Both the position numbers and the translations under genes were made by a program. Positions 26,929 to 38,898 of a DNA stretch of 64,000 bases are shown in pieces. The notes below the pieces were generated by a model. The model did not search any database. It was not told the origin of the DNA and saw only the letters and a list, made by a program, of their open reading frames with translations. Every line of letters starts with the position of its first letter. Position 1 is the stretch's first letter. This stretch comes from Amoebidium appalachense (Eukaryota > Protista > Ichthyosporea), in assembly GCA_963693365.1 (NCBI GenBank), contig CAVNZM010000003.1, positions 5,452,472 to 5,516,471 on the forward strand, in the 5' to 3' direction.

Positions 26929-29900
26929 TTTATCCTTCTTCTTCTGGAATGCTCGGACACTGGGCCCCCAAAAGGGCCTCCCCCCCGGGACACTCGACGA
27001 TAAAATCAGCTACATACAACAACAGACAAACAACCACACGTTTACAGTGATTTGCGAAACACAGTTTAAAAACCACCACAAATTCAACTCTACATTGGTC
27101 GACACATCCACACACCCCGGTTACGCGAAAAACCGAGGCATTATTGTACTTGCCGCACCACACGTGAGAGTGAAGTGCAAACCGGTAGCAAAAACGGAAT
27201 TCTCGGTTTCTATAGAGTTTCTTTCTAATGTTTTTACTTTTGTATATTACCCACCATCTATGTCGGTTGTCGAATTGACTCACGAGTTGTCACAGTTACC
27301 AATGTCCACTGTTATTTTAGGTGATTTTAACACGCGACTCCACCACACAGACACACTGCAAGTGAGTGTCGGGTACCCATCTAAGCCCCCGGAGCGTGCT
27401 ATCCCTTTAGCAAGGTATGTCCAAAGTCACACTTTGCGGTTCCCTCAAATATCCCATGCCCACAACACCGACTGGGGAGTGGCCTTTTGGCCATCAACCA
27501 TGTCAAAACTCTCTCTCCCTCCTAACCTCTCTAGGTCATCTGACCACTCTCCTATCCTTTTCCTACCTAAGATCTCCCTTGATCTGCTCCCCCCTCCCCC
27601 TCCCACCTTTCGCCTCCGTCTATCCCAGCTTAAGTCACAGTGGGGTAGAGTTGATGTATGTGTATGCTATGCTACGAAACACCCTATATATATGCGCCTA
27701 TTAGAATCTGCACAAGCCAGGCCAGATTCACATCTCGTACTAGATACATGCACTAACTTTATTGTTGATGATTTGATAGATCTCGGTGATTATGCTGGCG
27801 GTGGTAGGAAGGAATATCCCGATGCTCTCTTGTTACCAAACACCACTCCCGCTAGACTAGGTGAACCCCTGTCTCAAAAGGAAAGCTTGCGCCGGCTTGC
27901 TAGTATGAATCGATTTGGCCCCCCTGCTCGTATTATTGGTGATACCACTGGAGACCCCCTCATAGACTCTGATAAGTATTTCTCGGAACTGTTTAAAGAT
28001 AGGACCCCCGCTCAGAAACCTATTGTGTGGCCTGTAGACCCATCTATCCCCATAGAATCGATCCTCCCCTTTTTCAGTCCCGATGCCATATGGTCTGTGA
28101 TATCTAGTTATAGCTCTAGTAAGTCTTGTGGACCTGATGGACTCCCTGCTGGGTTTCTTAAAATCCTTGTTCCCTCCTACCCACAAAAGGAAAGTGATCG
28201 TGCTATTAAACCTGATCTTACTATCATGTTAAGCTCTCTCTTTTCTTGGTGTGTTAAATGTGGACATGTCCCGTCATCTTGGTTAGATACCTTAGTGATC
28301 CCCATAGTTAAGAAGGACTCTGAGGGCCCCATATCATCCTTTCGCCCCATTACACTAACCCAGGTTGTTCGTAGATTCTTTGAAGCTTGCTTACTTAGGT
28401 TATTTGCACATCACCCTAGGTTTCAATCTATTCTTCACATACACCCATGCCAATCCGCTTTTCGTAAAAACAATTCATGTTATGTTCAAATAATGGCACT
28501 GCACGATTCTATGCAAGTTGGTGCACAATATGTTGGCTTTATTGATTGGAAAACTGCTTACGATTCTGTCTCCCCTGGTCTCCTATGGGAAAAGCTTGCT
28601 GCACGGGGTGTACCACACTGCATTGGTGTTCTGTTAGAAGCACTCTTGTCTCAAACCTATGGTAGAGCTGTGGTTAATGGGCATCTTTCATATGGTTTTG
28701 CTCGTACTAGAGGTCTCTTGCAGGGTTCATTGCTTAGCCCCTTTTTGTTTAACCTATTTATAGATGATTTGGCTGTCAAGATTTACGCCGAAAACGATGA
28801 CCCTATTAATAACTTTCCGCCTGCACTTCTCTATGCTGATGATCTGTCCCTCCTTGCCCGTACCCCTAGACGCCTGCAAAGATTGTTCGATGTAGTGTCA
28901 GAGTGGTGCAAGGCAAACCTTATGATCCTTAACATAGACAAATGTGGTGTTCTTGTACCTGATATAGCTAACAATTTACACACATTTACATTATCATCTA
29001 AACCTGTACCTATAGTTCCAGAATACAAATATCTTGGTGTTCCGGTTGATTCTGTTGGTGTTATGTTTCCCCATATGGTCGAAAAGAGGGTAGAGTTGGC
29101 TCGTAAGCGGTTAGCTTTCTTCTCGGCTAATATTTTTAAAGACACACCCCTCCATCCTTCTATTAGACTTACATTTATTCGCACTTTTGTCTTCCCGGCA
29201 TGTGAATATGGTTTACCCCTTCTCGCCGCTTGGATCAAGAAAGAGAGAACTAGAGCGCTTAAACCCTTGGCAAATTTCCTTGAAGCAGAAGTTGCCTCCT
29301 TTCTATCTAACAACTGTTGTAAACCTGGGCCTGTAACGCTCTCGATATATGGTCTGGTCCCAATAGCTGCTAGAGTATCCTATCTCGCGCTGAAATTCAA
29401 TAAGCACATAAGCCGCTTAAAGAAGTATTTGCCCTCCCACCCTCTCTTCTCTATCCGACCTGTCCCCTCCTCACCTCTCCCCTCTTTCCTCCCCTCTCTC
29501 TCCCCTTCTCCCCTGGGCACAAATACAAATAAACCCCGCAATAGTGTGTGTGTGACTTTGGACTGCCACTTACTTATTAAACATGTACACAATCACAAGA
29601 TAATCACGCAATATAACAAATGGAAAAAGATACCACACGACACTAGACCCGATGAAAGCATACACCTTGAAAAACTAAGCCTTATGTCTCGTTTTATATA
29701 TACTGACCGCCTCAACCATATTGCCAAATATGGCACTCGCAAGTGTATAACACCTAAATACATATTACCTTCCTGTAGAACTGGTCTTTCTCTAGCTGAT
29801 GGTATTATTGATCAATTACCACGCTTTTACTGTACACGTGCTATACAGTGGAGATCTAATAAGTATAAGGTGGCATCATTTGCATGCCCAAACAACACAC

Positions 29901-30115
29901 ACACACACCAGTTTAACCGGTCATGTATCGCCAAATGTAGTTTGATAGACCACATAATACCGCAACACACACACGTCACATTCACAACAGACACCCAGAA
30001 AGATAGCCTACCTGTAAATTACAACATCCTTGATTTTATACTAAACACGCGTAACTACGACCTGTTTATTAGATGTATTGATTGGCTTGAGAAACACATC
30101 ACTACAAAATTATAG
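26921..30115 (+). CDS. LINE ORF2: APE endonuclease + reverse transcriptase, intact 1064 aa
   Basis: APE: FWNAR, ICET, VYYPP, LGDFN, SDH. RT: GPDG, FRPITL, QSAFR, FIDWKTAYDSV, GLLQGSLLSPFLFNLFIDDL, YADD, YKYLG. Cys-rich C-terminus. Confidence 0.97.
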   Translation: MPNLSFFFWNARTLGPQKGLPPGTLDDKISYIQQQTNNHTFTVICETQFKNHHKFNSTLVDTSTHPGYAKNRGIIVLAAPHVRVKCKPVAKTEFSVSIEFLSNVFTFVYYPPSMSVVELTHELSQLPMSTVILGDFNTRLHHTDTLQVSVGYPSKPPERAIPLARYVQSHTLRFPQISHAHNTDWGVAFWPSTMSKLSLPPNLSRSSDHSPILFLPKISLDLLPPPPPTFRLRLSQLKSQWGRVDVCVCYATKHPIYMRLLESAQARPDSHLVLDTCTNFIVDDLIDLGDYAGGGRKEYPDALLLPNTTPARLGEPLSQKESLRRLASMNRFGPPARIIGDTTGDPLIDSDKYFSELFKDRTPAQKPIVWPVDPSIPIESILPFFSPDAIWSVISSYSSSKSCGPDGLPAGFLKILVPSYPQKESDRAIKPDLTIMLSSLFSWCVKCGHVPSSWLDTLVIPIVKKDSEGPISSFRPITLTQVVRRFFEACLLRLFAHHPRFQSILHIHPCQSAFRKNNSCYVQIMALHDSMQVGAQYVGFIDWKTAYDSVSPGLLWEKLAARGVPHCIGVLLEALLSQTYGRAVVNGHLSYGFARTRGLLQGSLLSPFLFNLFIDDLAVKIYAENDDPINNFPPALLYADDLSLLARTPRRLQRLFDVVSEWCKANLMILNIDKCGVLVPDIANNLHTFTLSSKPVPIVPEYKYLGVPVDSVGVMFPHMVEKRVELARKRLAFFSANIFKDTPLHPSIRLTFIRTFVFPACEYGLPLLAAWIKKERTRALKPLANFLEAEVASFLSNNCCKPGPVTLSIYGLVPIAARVSYLALKFNKHISRLKKYLPSHPLFSIRPVPSSPLPSFLPSLSPSPLGTNTNKPRNSVCVTLDCHLLIKHVHNHKIITQYNKWKKIPHDTRPDESIHLEKLSLMSRFIYTDRLNHIAKYGTRKCITPKYILPSCRTGLSLADGIIDQLPRFYCTRAIQWRSNKYKVASFACPNNTHTHQFNRSCIAKCSLIDHIIPQHTHVTFTTDTQKDSLPVNYNILDFILNTRNYDLFIRCIDWLEKHITTKL

Positions 30116-30136
30116 CGCACGCGCACACACACACAC

Positions 30137-30189
<53 letters not shown>

Positions 30190-30221
30190 CCAGCTGATAC
30201 CGAGTGTCCCGAGGGGAGCCC

Positions 30222-30269
<48 letters not shown>

Positions 30270-30299
30270 GGGGAACCCCAACTAATTGATTTCTCCTTG

Positions 30300-31790
30300 T
30301 AGTCTTTATGGTGTCTCGTAGAGAAAGTAAACCCTGATATATAGTCACCACCCGACATCTATGTACGTGATCATGATATACCGCTGAGGGGATATTCCGA
30401 GCAAAACCCCCCCCCCATACCTGAGACTGGTTCTCTTTGCCTCGAGTAAACAGCGTAAACCCCCTTTCGCTAACACCCTGCTCCGCATCATTGGTGGTGT
30501 TGTTCGGTTTCGCTGCGGCGCTTGTGTTCTCCAACCCCTTGTTCCGTGTCTTTAGGTGCCGCTTGCACAGTCGCACCCCTCCGTGTTCGTGGCTTGGCAT
30601 GGCTTTGAGGCCACAAAGTTCCCCCGACTGCTTGTTTGCTTGGCAGGGACCGATAACCAGTGCCACTAAGGCCTTTTGCTTCTTTCTTTCCCCCGCTGCC
30701 TTTGCCCGTTCCTCCTTCTGCTTCTCCTCCGCCACAACACGTTCCTTCTCCCTTCTGCCGTCTTCCGTTTTCGCACTATCGTGGCGTTGCTGTTTGGGTT
30801 GCGTTCCGCGAGTGGTGCTCGACCGTTTTGTGGTGTTTGCTGGGGCGTGCTGGTGGGGAGGGGGCCTGCCTGCTCGGGACGAATGTTGTGCACTGTACCG
30901 AACCGCTGTCTTGCTGTTTTGAGGGCAAAGACTTCTGCCTCCAATCCGGGTGTTGCCGGGTGTGCTCGAGGTATATTGTGCAGGGCACTACAATGGTGGG
31001 TGGGAGGGCGTCACCGGACGCAACAATAGTAGGAATGATGGATAGGTGCCAGTCTTGCTCCGCAAACCCATAGCCGACTTTGTATGTGTTTTTCATGTCT
31101 GTGACCGTGAGAAGTTTCTGACCCGCACGCCCGTTGACAGGTTATGCGCAGTTGTTTCTCGTCGTCATTGAACAGATTCTTCTCCACGTTTATCTGCTTT
31201 TCTTCCACCAGTTCCTCCACCATATCAAACCACGAATTCATCTTCTCCTCCGTGAGAGCGGAAACACGCGCTTTCGAAAGTTCGTTTGGTTTGCGGAAAG
31301 TGAGGTTGTAACCGTGCTGTTTGGCACGGCGTTCGAACAAATTGAACCACCCCTCACCCGGAAGCCCGTCTGCTGTATTGAATTTTTTGCCGTTACGCTC
31401 AGCAATGTCCCGTGCAGACCTGAGAACTTCAGCACGAGAAATCCCCAACCCCCTCCCAGCCAGGAACACCAGCCCACTAGCAAGGCCAATCTCCTCATCT
31501 GCTGTTAGAATGGGCTTAGGGCCCGGTTTCTTGTTTCCATACTCAGGGTCTTTTTTGTGTCTGTATAGGGTTGCAACGGAAATGCCAGTGGTTGCAGCTA
31601 CTTCGGCAACCCGTTGCTTGACTGAGCTTCTCTTCTTTAGCTGTCTAGTTGCCTGTTCCATGAACATGGGATTATACTTGCCAATGGGCCCGTGCTTGTA
31701 ACCCTGCTTTATTACACTAGGTGCACTGCGAGTGGGCCCATTTTTGCGAAGCTTAGGCATAGGCTTGTTTTTATTGGGAGCCTTTGCCAT
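30300..31790 (-). pseudogene. pogo/Tigger-like transposase pseudogene (psq-like HTH + CENP-B HTH + partial DDE)
   Basis: VAATTGISVATLYRH; GPKPILTADEE...LGISRAEV...GWFNLFERR; LFNDDE; after a frameshift at ~31138, IIPTIVASGDALPPTIVV. Rest of the DDE core is absent; Lys/Glu-rich and Cys/His C-terminal remnant. Confidence 0.85.
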
Positions 31791-32613
31791 TTTCTGACAC
31801 GCAGTTACAACAGTGCTGTACTATGCTAGTGTTGTGGTCAGTAATGAAGGCCAATGCTACCCCGAGCATCACGTGCTCACACCAGCTACCTACCCCTACA
31901 CAATTACACCCAAACAAAGGCCCAAGCTACTCAGAAACATTTATTTAGTTGAAAAGAACGTGGTGTGTGCCCGTTTATTATGTAGAAAACATGTCCGAAG
32001 GGTTTTGGCCCGCAGCTCATGAGAGCTCACATTTCACGTTCTGGGTATCGGAGAAGCGCCGTTTTTTTTTTTGCCGTGGCAGGCGTGAGTGCCAGTAACC
32101 GCCCCACGTGCACCCATTTCCCCGCCCATATTCAAACAAAACCAATGAGAAAAAACGCACAAAAAAAGAAAATAACCAAGTATGGGATCATAAGTTTCTC
32201 ACGATTTATAGGGCTCTCAAGATTCGTAGGTTTGCCCCTACACCCTGCCACCTACTACATAAGGTTGACGGTGTTAGAAACAGGTTACAGACACAGGCAC
32301 ATAGTAAGCAGCTGCAATTGAGAGTATGAATAATAGGGTGCGACCAACGGTTTGTGACGGTGGAGTAAACAGACAGACATAAGACACTCGGAGTCGTCCG
32401 GTACCGGTACTGAACGGTTGAGATGGCTGTACAGAGGTTGGAATTCGAGCGGGAATGTATAACGGTTATGCATGACGTTATCAATGCCTTGTCAGCGATT
32501 GCATCAAAATCATGCAAAGAAATCAAATTTGCTTCGCTTCGAGCCTTTTCACTGAATGGCTGTTTAATTTTTTTAAAAATTGCCTCAAGGTGGGGTCAAA
32601 ACGCACGCGCGGG

Positions 32614-33064
32614 ATTAGATTGGGCGATGGACTTGGTACGGTTCGAATCGAATCGCGAAGGGCCGCCAGGCCCGGAGCACGGAGCATGGAGCACGGAGCA
32701 CGGCGCCCGACCCGGCCCGCGCGGGGTCTGGGGGACGGCGTCTGGGGGGACGGCGTGGGGCAGAGAGCGAGCGGGGTCTGGGGGGACGGGGGCCCGGGGG
32801 GACGGGGGGGTGAGCAGGAGAGTCTGCTCACCCCCCCGGAGAGTCTGCTCACCCCCCGTCCCCCCGGGCCCCCGTCCCCCCGGGCCCCCGTCCCCCCAGA
32901 CCCCGCTCGCTCTCTGCCCCACGCCGTCCCCCCAGACGCCGTCCCCCCAGATCCCGCGCGGGCCGGGTCGGGCGCCGTGCTCCGTGCTCCGTGCTCCGTG
33001 CTCCGGGCCTGGCGGCCCTTCGCGATTCGATTCGAACCTTACCAAGTCCATCGCCTAATCCAAT
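32614..33064. mobile_element. GC-rich foldback/MITE-like inverted repeat (~450 bp)
   Basis: ggcgatggacttggtacggttcgaatcgaatcgcgaagggccgcc... pairs with ...ggcggcccttcgcgattcgattcgaaccttaccaagtccatcgcc over ~190 bp arms. No TSD seen. Confidence 0.75.
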
Positions 33065-33242
33065 ATTGGACTAGTCACGTGGCCTGGTAACTTTGAGATC
33101 ACACCACACCAAACCACCTCCGATCCGATCGCGATCAATCTATTTCCCACTTCCCACTTTTCTCACTTAAAATCGAAAAAGAGAAAAAAAAAAGACAAAA
33201 CAAACGATACAGCATTACCCACTTCTAAGTGGAAAAGTGGCC

Positions 33243-33690
33243 AGAGAGAGAGAGAGAGAGAAAAAAAGCTAAGTCTACGCGAGAGAGAGAGAGAGAGAAA
33301 AAAGCTAAGTCTACGCGAGAGAGAGAGAGAGAGAAAAAAGCCAAGTCTACACGAGAGAGAGAGAGAGAGAAAAAAGCTAAGTCTACGCGAGAGAGAGAGA
33401 GAGAGAAAAAAGCTAAGTCTACACGAGCTAAGTCTTGACCCGGGCAGGGGGGGCAGGGGGGGGCAGGTGAGGCAGGTGAGGCACGTGAGGCAGGGGGGGG
33501 GGGGGGGGGCAGGGGGGGGCACGTGAGGCAGGGGGGGCAGGTGAGGCACGTGAGGCAGGTGAGGCAGGGGGGGGCAGGCGAGGCAGGGGGGGCACGCGAG
33601 GCAGGTGAGGCACGCGAGGCAGGGGGGGGGGGGGGGGGGGAAGAGATGCACGCGAGGCAGGCGGGTGCCGGGGGGGGGGGGGGGGGGGGG
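33243..33690 (+). repeat. Minisatellites: (GA)n-aaaaaagctaagtctac x5, then G-rich gtgaggca repeats
   Basis: Directly visible tandem units. Confidence 0.85.
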
Positions 33691-33958
33691 GTTATTTTAA
33701 TAATATTCACCAAACATATCGAGTAACAACACAATGAAACTTTTTACATATATATATATATATTGACAAGCCAAGTCGAAACAAGCACAGAAACACATAT
33801 GCATACTAATAGAAGCCGAGTCGATATAAGAAACAAGCACAGAAACACATATGCATACTAATAGAAGCCGAATCTACTGTTAAGACTAAGAACACGCATA
33901 CATCGACACTAATGACATGATTTACATCCGTGTAACACATCGTAAAGCAACACAAAAC

Positions 33959-35201
33959 CTATTCATCAGGCTTTGACTCGTCTTCGATTCTCTTCTGCCA
34001 GGCCGCAAGTTTAGCCTGTTTAGCCTGCTCCTCTGTCAATATATTCTTCTTTACCAGTTTACAAATATTCTTGCAAGTATCCATATATTCAGAAAATGCA
34101 CGTTTTCTACTCTCTGGGTTATTACAGTCGGCAATGTTGTTGGGTGCGGGCGATTGGGGCGCCGGAGCCGACTTAGACTTCTTAGACTTCTTGGGCTTAG
34201 ACTTCTTGGGCTTGGAGTGCTTTTGAACACCGGCATTCGCGATCTTCCGAAGTGCCTCGGCAGTCCCGGGGGGGGGTCTTGCCCACCGATGGAATCGCCA
34301 ACTTGCGGCCAATGGTCTTACTGATCCCATTAGAGACGACGGGCTGAGCGACAGGCGGACGATCTTGAGTGATGTCATCGTCAGAGAAAATCTCGATCGG
34401 AGCGGTTTGGGGTTCGGCGATTCGATGGCGTGACTCGACAAAGATCGGATTGCCCAGTTTATCGAACATAGCAAACCGCGAGGCTGGCACATCGATACCC
34501 ACGTTGTCCTGGCTCTCACGATTCTTCTGCATAAGACTGTAGAACTCTCTGAGACAGATAGCCCCCTTGTTGTCATCGTTGTCATCGTTGTCATCGTTGT
34601 CATCGTCATCACATGAAGACGAAGACGACGACGATTCGGTATCAGACCTACTACTGGAGCTCCTTTCCGAATTGTGATCACCCATCTTAGTATCATCTGG
34701 GTCTTGCTCAGCCATCTCGATGTCGACATCTTGAGGCGGGGCGATGGGGGCGACATCTTGAGGCGGGGCGATGAGGGCGACATCTTGAGGCGGGGCGATG
34801 GGGGCGACATCTTGAGGCGGGGCGATGGGGGCGGCACCCATAGACTGGGCGAGATCACCGGCACGTGCACGCGACTCGACATTCCGAGCAATCGTGGCGT
34901 TGCGGTTGCTACTCTTGAAGTAAGAAACGATGGCGGTCCTCAGACTCTCTTCGTCTTCTGAAGTGAAACCCCTCGGGTATTGCGGTATCCCTTCAGGTAA
35001 CATACACTTGATAGCAGAAAGGATTTCCTTGAGCCCCTCGTCGTGGGTATAGTCGGCAAAAGTAGTCATCAGATCACGGACAACACATCCGAACCCAGCA
35101 CTGCGCACGAGGTTTTTGACATTCCTAGGAATGGCAAGGGCCGCCTCGATTGCAGCACCATCAACCCCCAAGTCGTAGTCTCGAGAGCTAAGGTTAGACA
35201 T
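33959..35201 (-). CDS. Intronless hypothetical protein (~410 aa), frameshift at G-run 34267-34277
   Basis: ATG at 35201 (MSNLSSRD...) with CCAAT boxes upstream; APIAPPQDV x4, Ser/Asp tract, KPKKSK basic tract; two ORFs join across the homopolymer. Confidence 0.55.
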
Positions 35202-35434
35202 GTTGAAAACAGCCTCGTTGAGAGCTAGAGTAGATGTGAAGAGAAAGCTGCGACTGTAGAATGAGCATACTGACACACACACAACACTTCTTATAGCCAG
35301 GAGACACACAACGTAGCGACAAAAACAAAGTATCAAGAGACATCCATCAATTGGACCGCCCGGTTTAAGATTGTTGTACACCAATCACAGAAGGAGAATA
35401 AAATAACAAAAAAAAACAACAACAGAAATATCAC

Positions 35435-36370
35435 ACATCAGATTGCGCGTTCGACACGATAGGGTCTTCGAACTCTTGACCACACGACCACGCCCCAACC
35501 GCGCGTTCCGATTGGTCGCCATACAGAACCCTTGTTTCCGTCCCACCAATCAGATTGCGCGTCCGACACGACAGGGTCTTCGATGATGCTTCTACTCTTG
35601 ACCGCAGTCCCGTCACCACGACCACGCCCCAACCGCGCGTTCCGATTGGTCGCCACACAGAACCCTTGTTTCCGTCCCACCAATCAGATTGCGCGTCCGA
35701 CACGACAGGGTCTTCGATGATGCTTCTACTCTTGACCGCAGTCCCGTCACCACGACCACGCCCCAACCGCGCGTTCCGATTGGTCGCCACACAGAACCCT
35801 TGTTTCCGTCCCACCAATCAGGTTGCGCGTCCGACACGACAGGGTCTTCGATGATGCTTCTACTCTTGACCGCAGTCCCGTCACCACGACCACGCCCCAA
35901 CCGCGCGTTCCGATTGGTCGCTACACAGAACCCTTGTTTCCGTCCCACCAATCAGATTGCGCGTCCGACACGACAGGGTCTTCGATGATGCTTCTACTCT
36001 TGACCGCAGTCCCGTCACCACGACCACGCCCCAACCGCGCGTTCCGATTGGTCGCCACACAGAACCCTTGTTTCCGTCCCACCAATCAGATTGCGCGTCC
36101 GACACGACAGGGTCTTCGATGATGCTTCTACTCTTGACCGCAGTCCCGTCACCACGACCACGCCCCAACCGCGCGTTCCGATTGGTCGCCACACAGAACC
36201 CTTGTTTCCGTCCCACCAATCAGATTGCGCGTCCGACACGACAGGGTCTTCGATGATGCTTCTACTCTTGACCGCAGTCCCGTCACCACGACCACGCCCC
36301 AACCACGCGTTCCGATTGGTCGCCACACAGAACCCTTGCTTCCGTCCCACCAGACTAGCCGATTGGCGTG
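35435..36370. repeat. 134-bp tandem array (~6.5 copies), two CCAAT boxes per unit in opposite orientations
   Basis: Unit caccaatcagattgcgcgtccgacacgacagggtcttcgatgatgc...ccgattggtcgccacacagaacccttgtttccgtcc; the ORF track repeats with period 134. Confidence 0.95.
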
Positions 36371-36424
36371 TCCGTTACGAGACCAATAATTTGTCGCTCG
36401 GGCGGTGTCGATATTTTCACAGCA

Positions 36425-37350
36425 ATGATAAACAGAAATGTCAACCGACAACGAAGAAATTCTAAGCCTTGCGGAATTCGGAATTCACTGAGCGCCACAC
36501 ACGATGACATCGTCAGATTGTTATCGAAAATGCCAAAAGAAAGCGACACCGCTGGATCGGGAACAGTTGGGGGTGGCACTGATGACGACAACCCAAACAA
36601 AATAGACGAGATTAAAAATATAATAATCATGTTTAACAGAACCCCCACACAGACACTCAAAATTTTGAATCATTTCACGACGATGGCTGCTCATTTGCAA
36701 CCAGACACAACAGAAAAAACCAAAGACGATCCACTCGAGAAGGGATCATTGGAAAATATATGTCGCAAATAAGCAATGCGATCAAGCTCTTAAATAATCA
36801 GAACAGGCTTATAAATTCATTACAAGAGACGGAAAAGGATAACATTAGGCTTCACCACGAACTCGCCAATTACAAAAGACTCTACCAGGAAAATAACGAA
36901 CCCCAACAGAAAACGGCCACATCGAGGGACCCAAACATCCATAGAATTGCATTTCTGGATGTACACGGCGGCCGCGTATTCACACACGGATCGTCTCCGT
37001 GGATGACATACGACGGGACAGTTCACGGGGCAATATCTTCAGGACTGATCCACTTCTCTGGAGACAAACAGAGCCCTTGTTGGACCGTCAAGAGTGCTTT
37101 TGAAGGCACATATGTTGCGTTTCCACTGCACGACTGTGGAACGGTCACGGCCGTCAAATCCGGCTCGACAACAATCTCATGCTCTATACGACCAAGACCC
37201 ATGGCCTGTGACCGATGAAGACAAGAAGGTTTTCAGTTGTGTGTTGGGTCACAAAAACTGTAGAGGGAGATAGGTCAGACTGCGTAGAAGCTGCTATGTG
37301 AACTTAGGGTGTGCCTATCCACTCTTGGGCCATCGGGAAATGTTGTGGAT
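36425..37350 (+). pseudogene. Intronless hypothetical gene, frameshifted (ORFs 36368-36772 and 36760-37218)
   Basis: Consecutive complex ORFs on one strand beginning just after the CCAAT array; coiled-coil-like segment; no known motif. Confidence 0.35.
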
Positions 37351-38898
37351 ATGATCCCACCGAAGACTCCATAACACCGCAGTCTTTACCTTATTGGGGG
37401 AATAATCAATGGTTTCGAGATATCTGCCAACCCGAATATTCTTTCAATTGAACGCGTGTGTATGCGCGCGCGCGCGTGTGTGTGTGTGTAGGGGGGGGGG
37501 GGGGGGGGGTCAAGTGCACGCTCATTCACGTGCATGATCTTTCATAGTAAGACCACAAACACAAACAAGAACCCTGGTAACGAATACAGAAGCATACACT
37601 CGTACAGAAGGGGAGAGAGCAAGGCATGTGTGTGTGTGTGTAGTAGGTGTGTGTCTTGGGTGAGTAAATGTGTGCACTGAGAGTGGGGGAGACAGATGCG
37701 CGCGCGCGCGTGTGTGTGTGTGTGTGTGTTTTGTGTGTGTGCATCAGCAATCTTGTCGAATCCATCCATAAGCCATCTAAGACGTCAGCATCTAATCAAA
37801 GTCATCTACATCCCACCCTTTAACCCTATCTACCCCATATCCCATCGAAAAGATGTCAGGATATTTTCGGACCATTTAAAGACGACTTTCAAGTTATCAT
37901 AAAGATGTCTGGACATTTCCTGACATCTTTATATACATTTTTCCTGACATCGTTTTCTACACCTAAACCTAACCACTACCCATCCGTAACCCCACCCAAT
38001 CCCCACCTTTTCTACCCCTAAAATATAGGTATTGTATGATCCTGCACATCAAGACCCTTTTATGTCATCTTTAAGGCCACTTTAAAGAGCTTAATTAAGA
38101 AATTAAGGCAACAAACAGACATCTAAACGATATCGTTAAAGGGACATCATGTACATTACCTTATTGCAACGAGAGGTGATTTAGAGGTCTTCATGTTGAC
38201 TTTTCAGCATCTAAAAGGGCACATAAGGAGAACTAAATGTTGCCTTTACAGTATCTCGGGGCATCGGAATCCTTATTTCACGATGCCTTTATGTCATCAA
38301 ACGGATCTGTTGCCGACCATACAAAGATACCTTTTGGATCACTCTACATGATCTTTATTTCATGCAGACCGATTCACGACATACACATGTCACCTTTATG
38401 TTTACTTTGTGACAACTTGTGCAGCATAATAAGTCGACAAAACGATCACTACAAGCAATTTAATATGATCATTATACTGTATTCTAATCGTCCAAAAATC
38501 TATATTAAAGCATCATTTTGTGGCCCGGTTGATGCCAAGATGATGTCAGTTCCCCCCCAGTTCCCCCCCCCCCCCCCCCTCCCTTTCCCTTTCCTCCCCG
38601 TGGCTGCACAGTGAAGTGTCGTTGACCGTGCTGAACAATCTTTAATTTCTTATGACACGTCCCACTGGGACGTGTCTCCACTCTTTACATCTACGGGATG
38701 TCCCACTGGGACACCCCTCTACTGTCTCAACTATTCAAAACATTAAAATTCAAGAAAAGAAACACTATAAATTTATGAGAAAAAAACAAACTAAACAAAG
38801 TAAACAAACTTGCAAAATAAAATCCAAAATAATCCCCTACAAAAAAGGGGCAGTACATTTCTTGGGGGGAAGGGGGAGGGGGGGGGGGAGGTGGGGGG

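Larger units (their letters stand above)
24990..30268 (+). mobile_element. Near full-length LINE (non-LTR retrotransposon) with poly(A) tail; 5' end approximate
   Basis: ORF1 + APE/RT ORF2, (CA)n-containing 3' UTR, 43-nt poly(A) at 30226-30268. No TSD found. Confidence 0.85.
24853..32240 (-). mobile_element. Decayed pogo/Tigger-family DNA transposon interrupted by a LINE
   Basis: aaacctacaaatcgtgagaactt (24853-24875) is the inverted match of two tandem motifs at 32192-32233, and the pair encloses a pogo-type transposase remnant. The outer left end and its TA TSD are not preserved. Confidence 0.6.

Noticed and set aside
32423-33090. 150-210 aa Pro/Gly/Arg-rich ORFs on both strands
   Set aside because: Result from the GC-rich palindrome.
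35431-36465. Repeated 99-128 aa ORFs
   Set aside because: Artefacts of the 134-bp array, whose period is not a multiple of 3.
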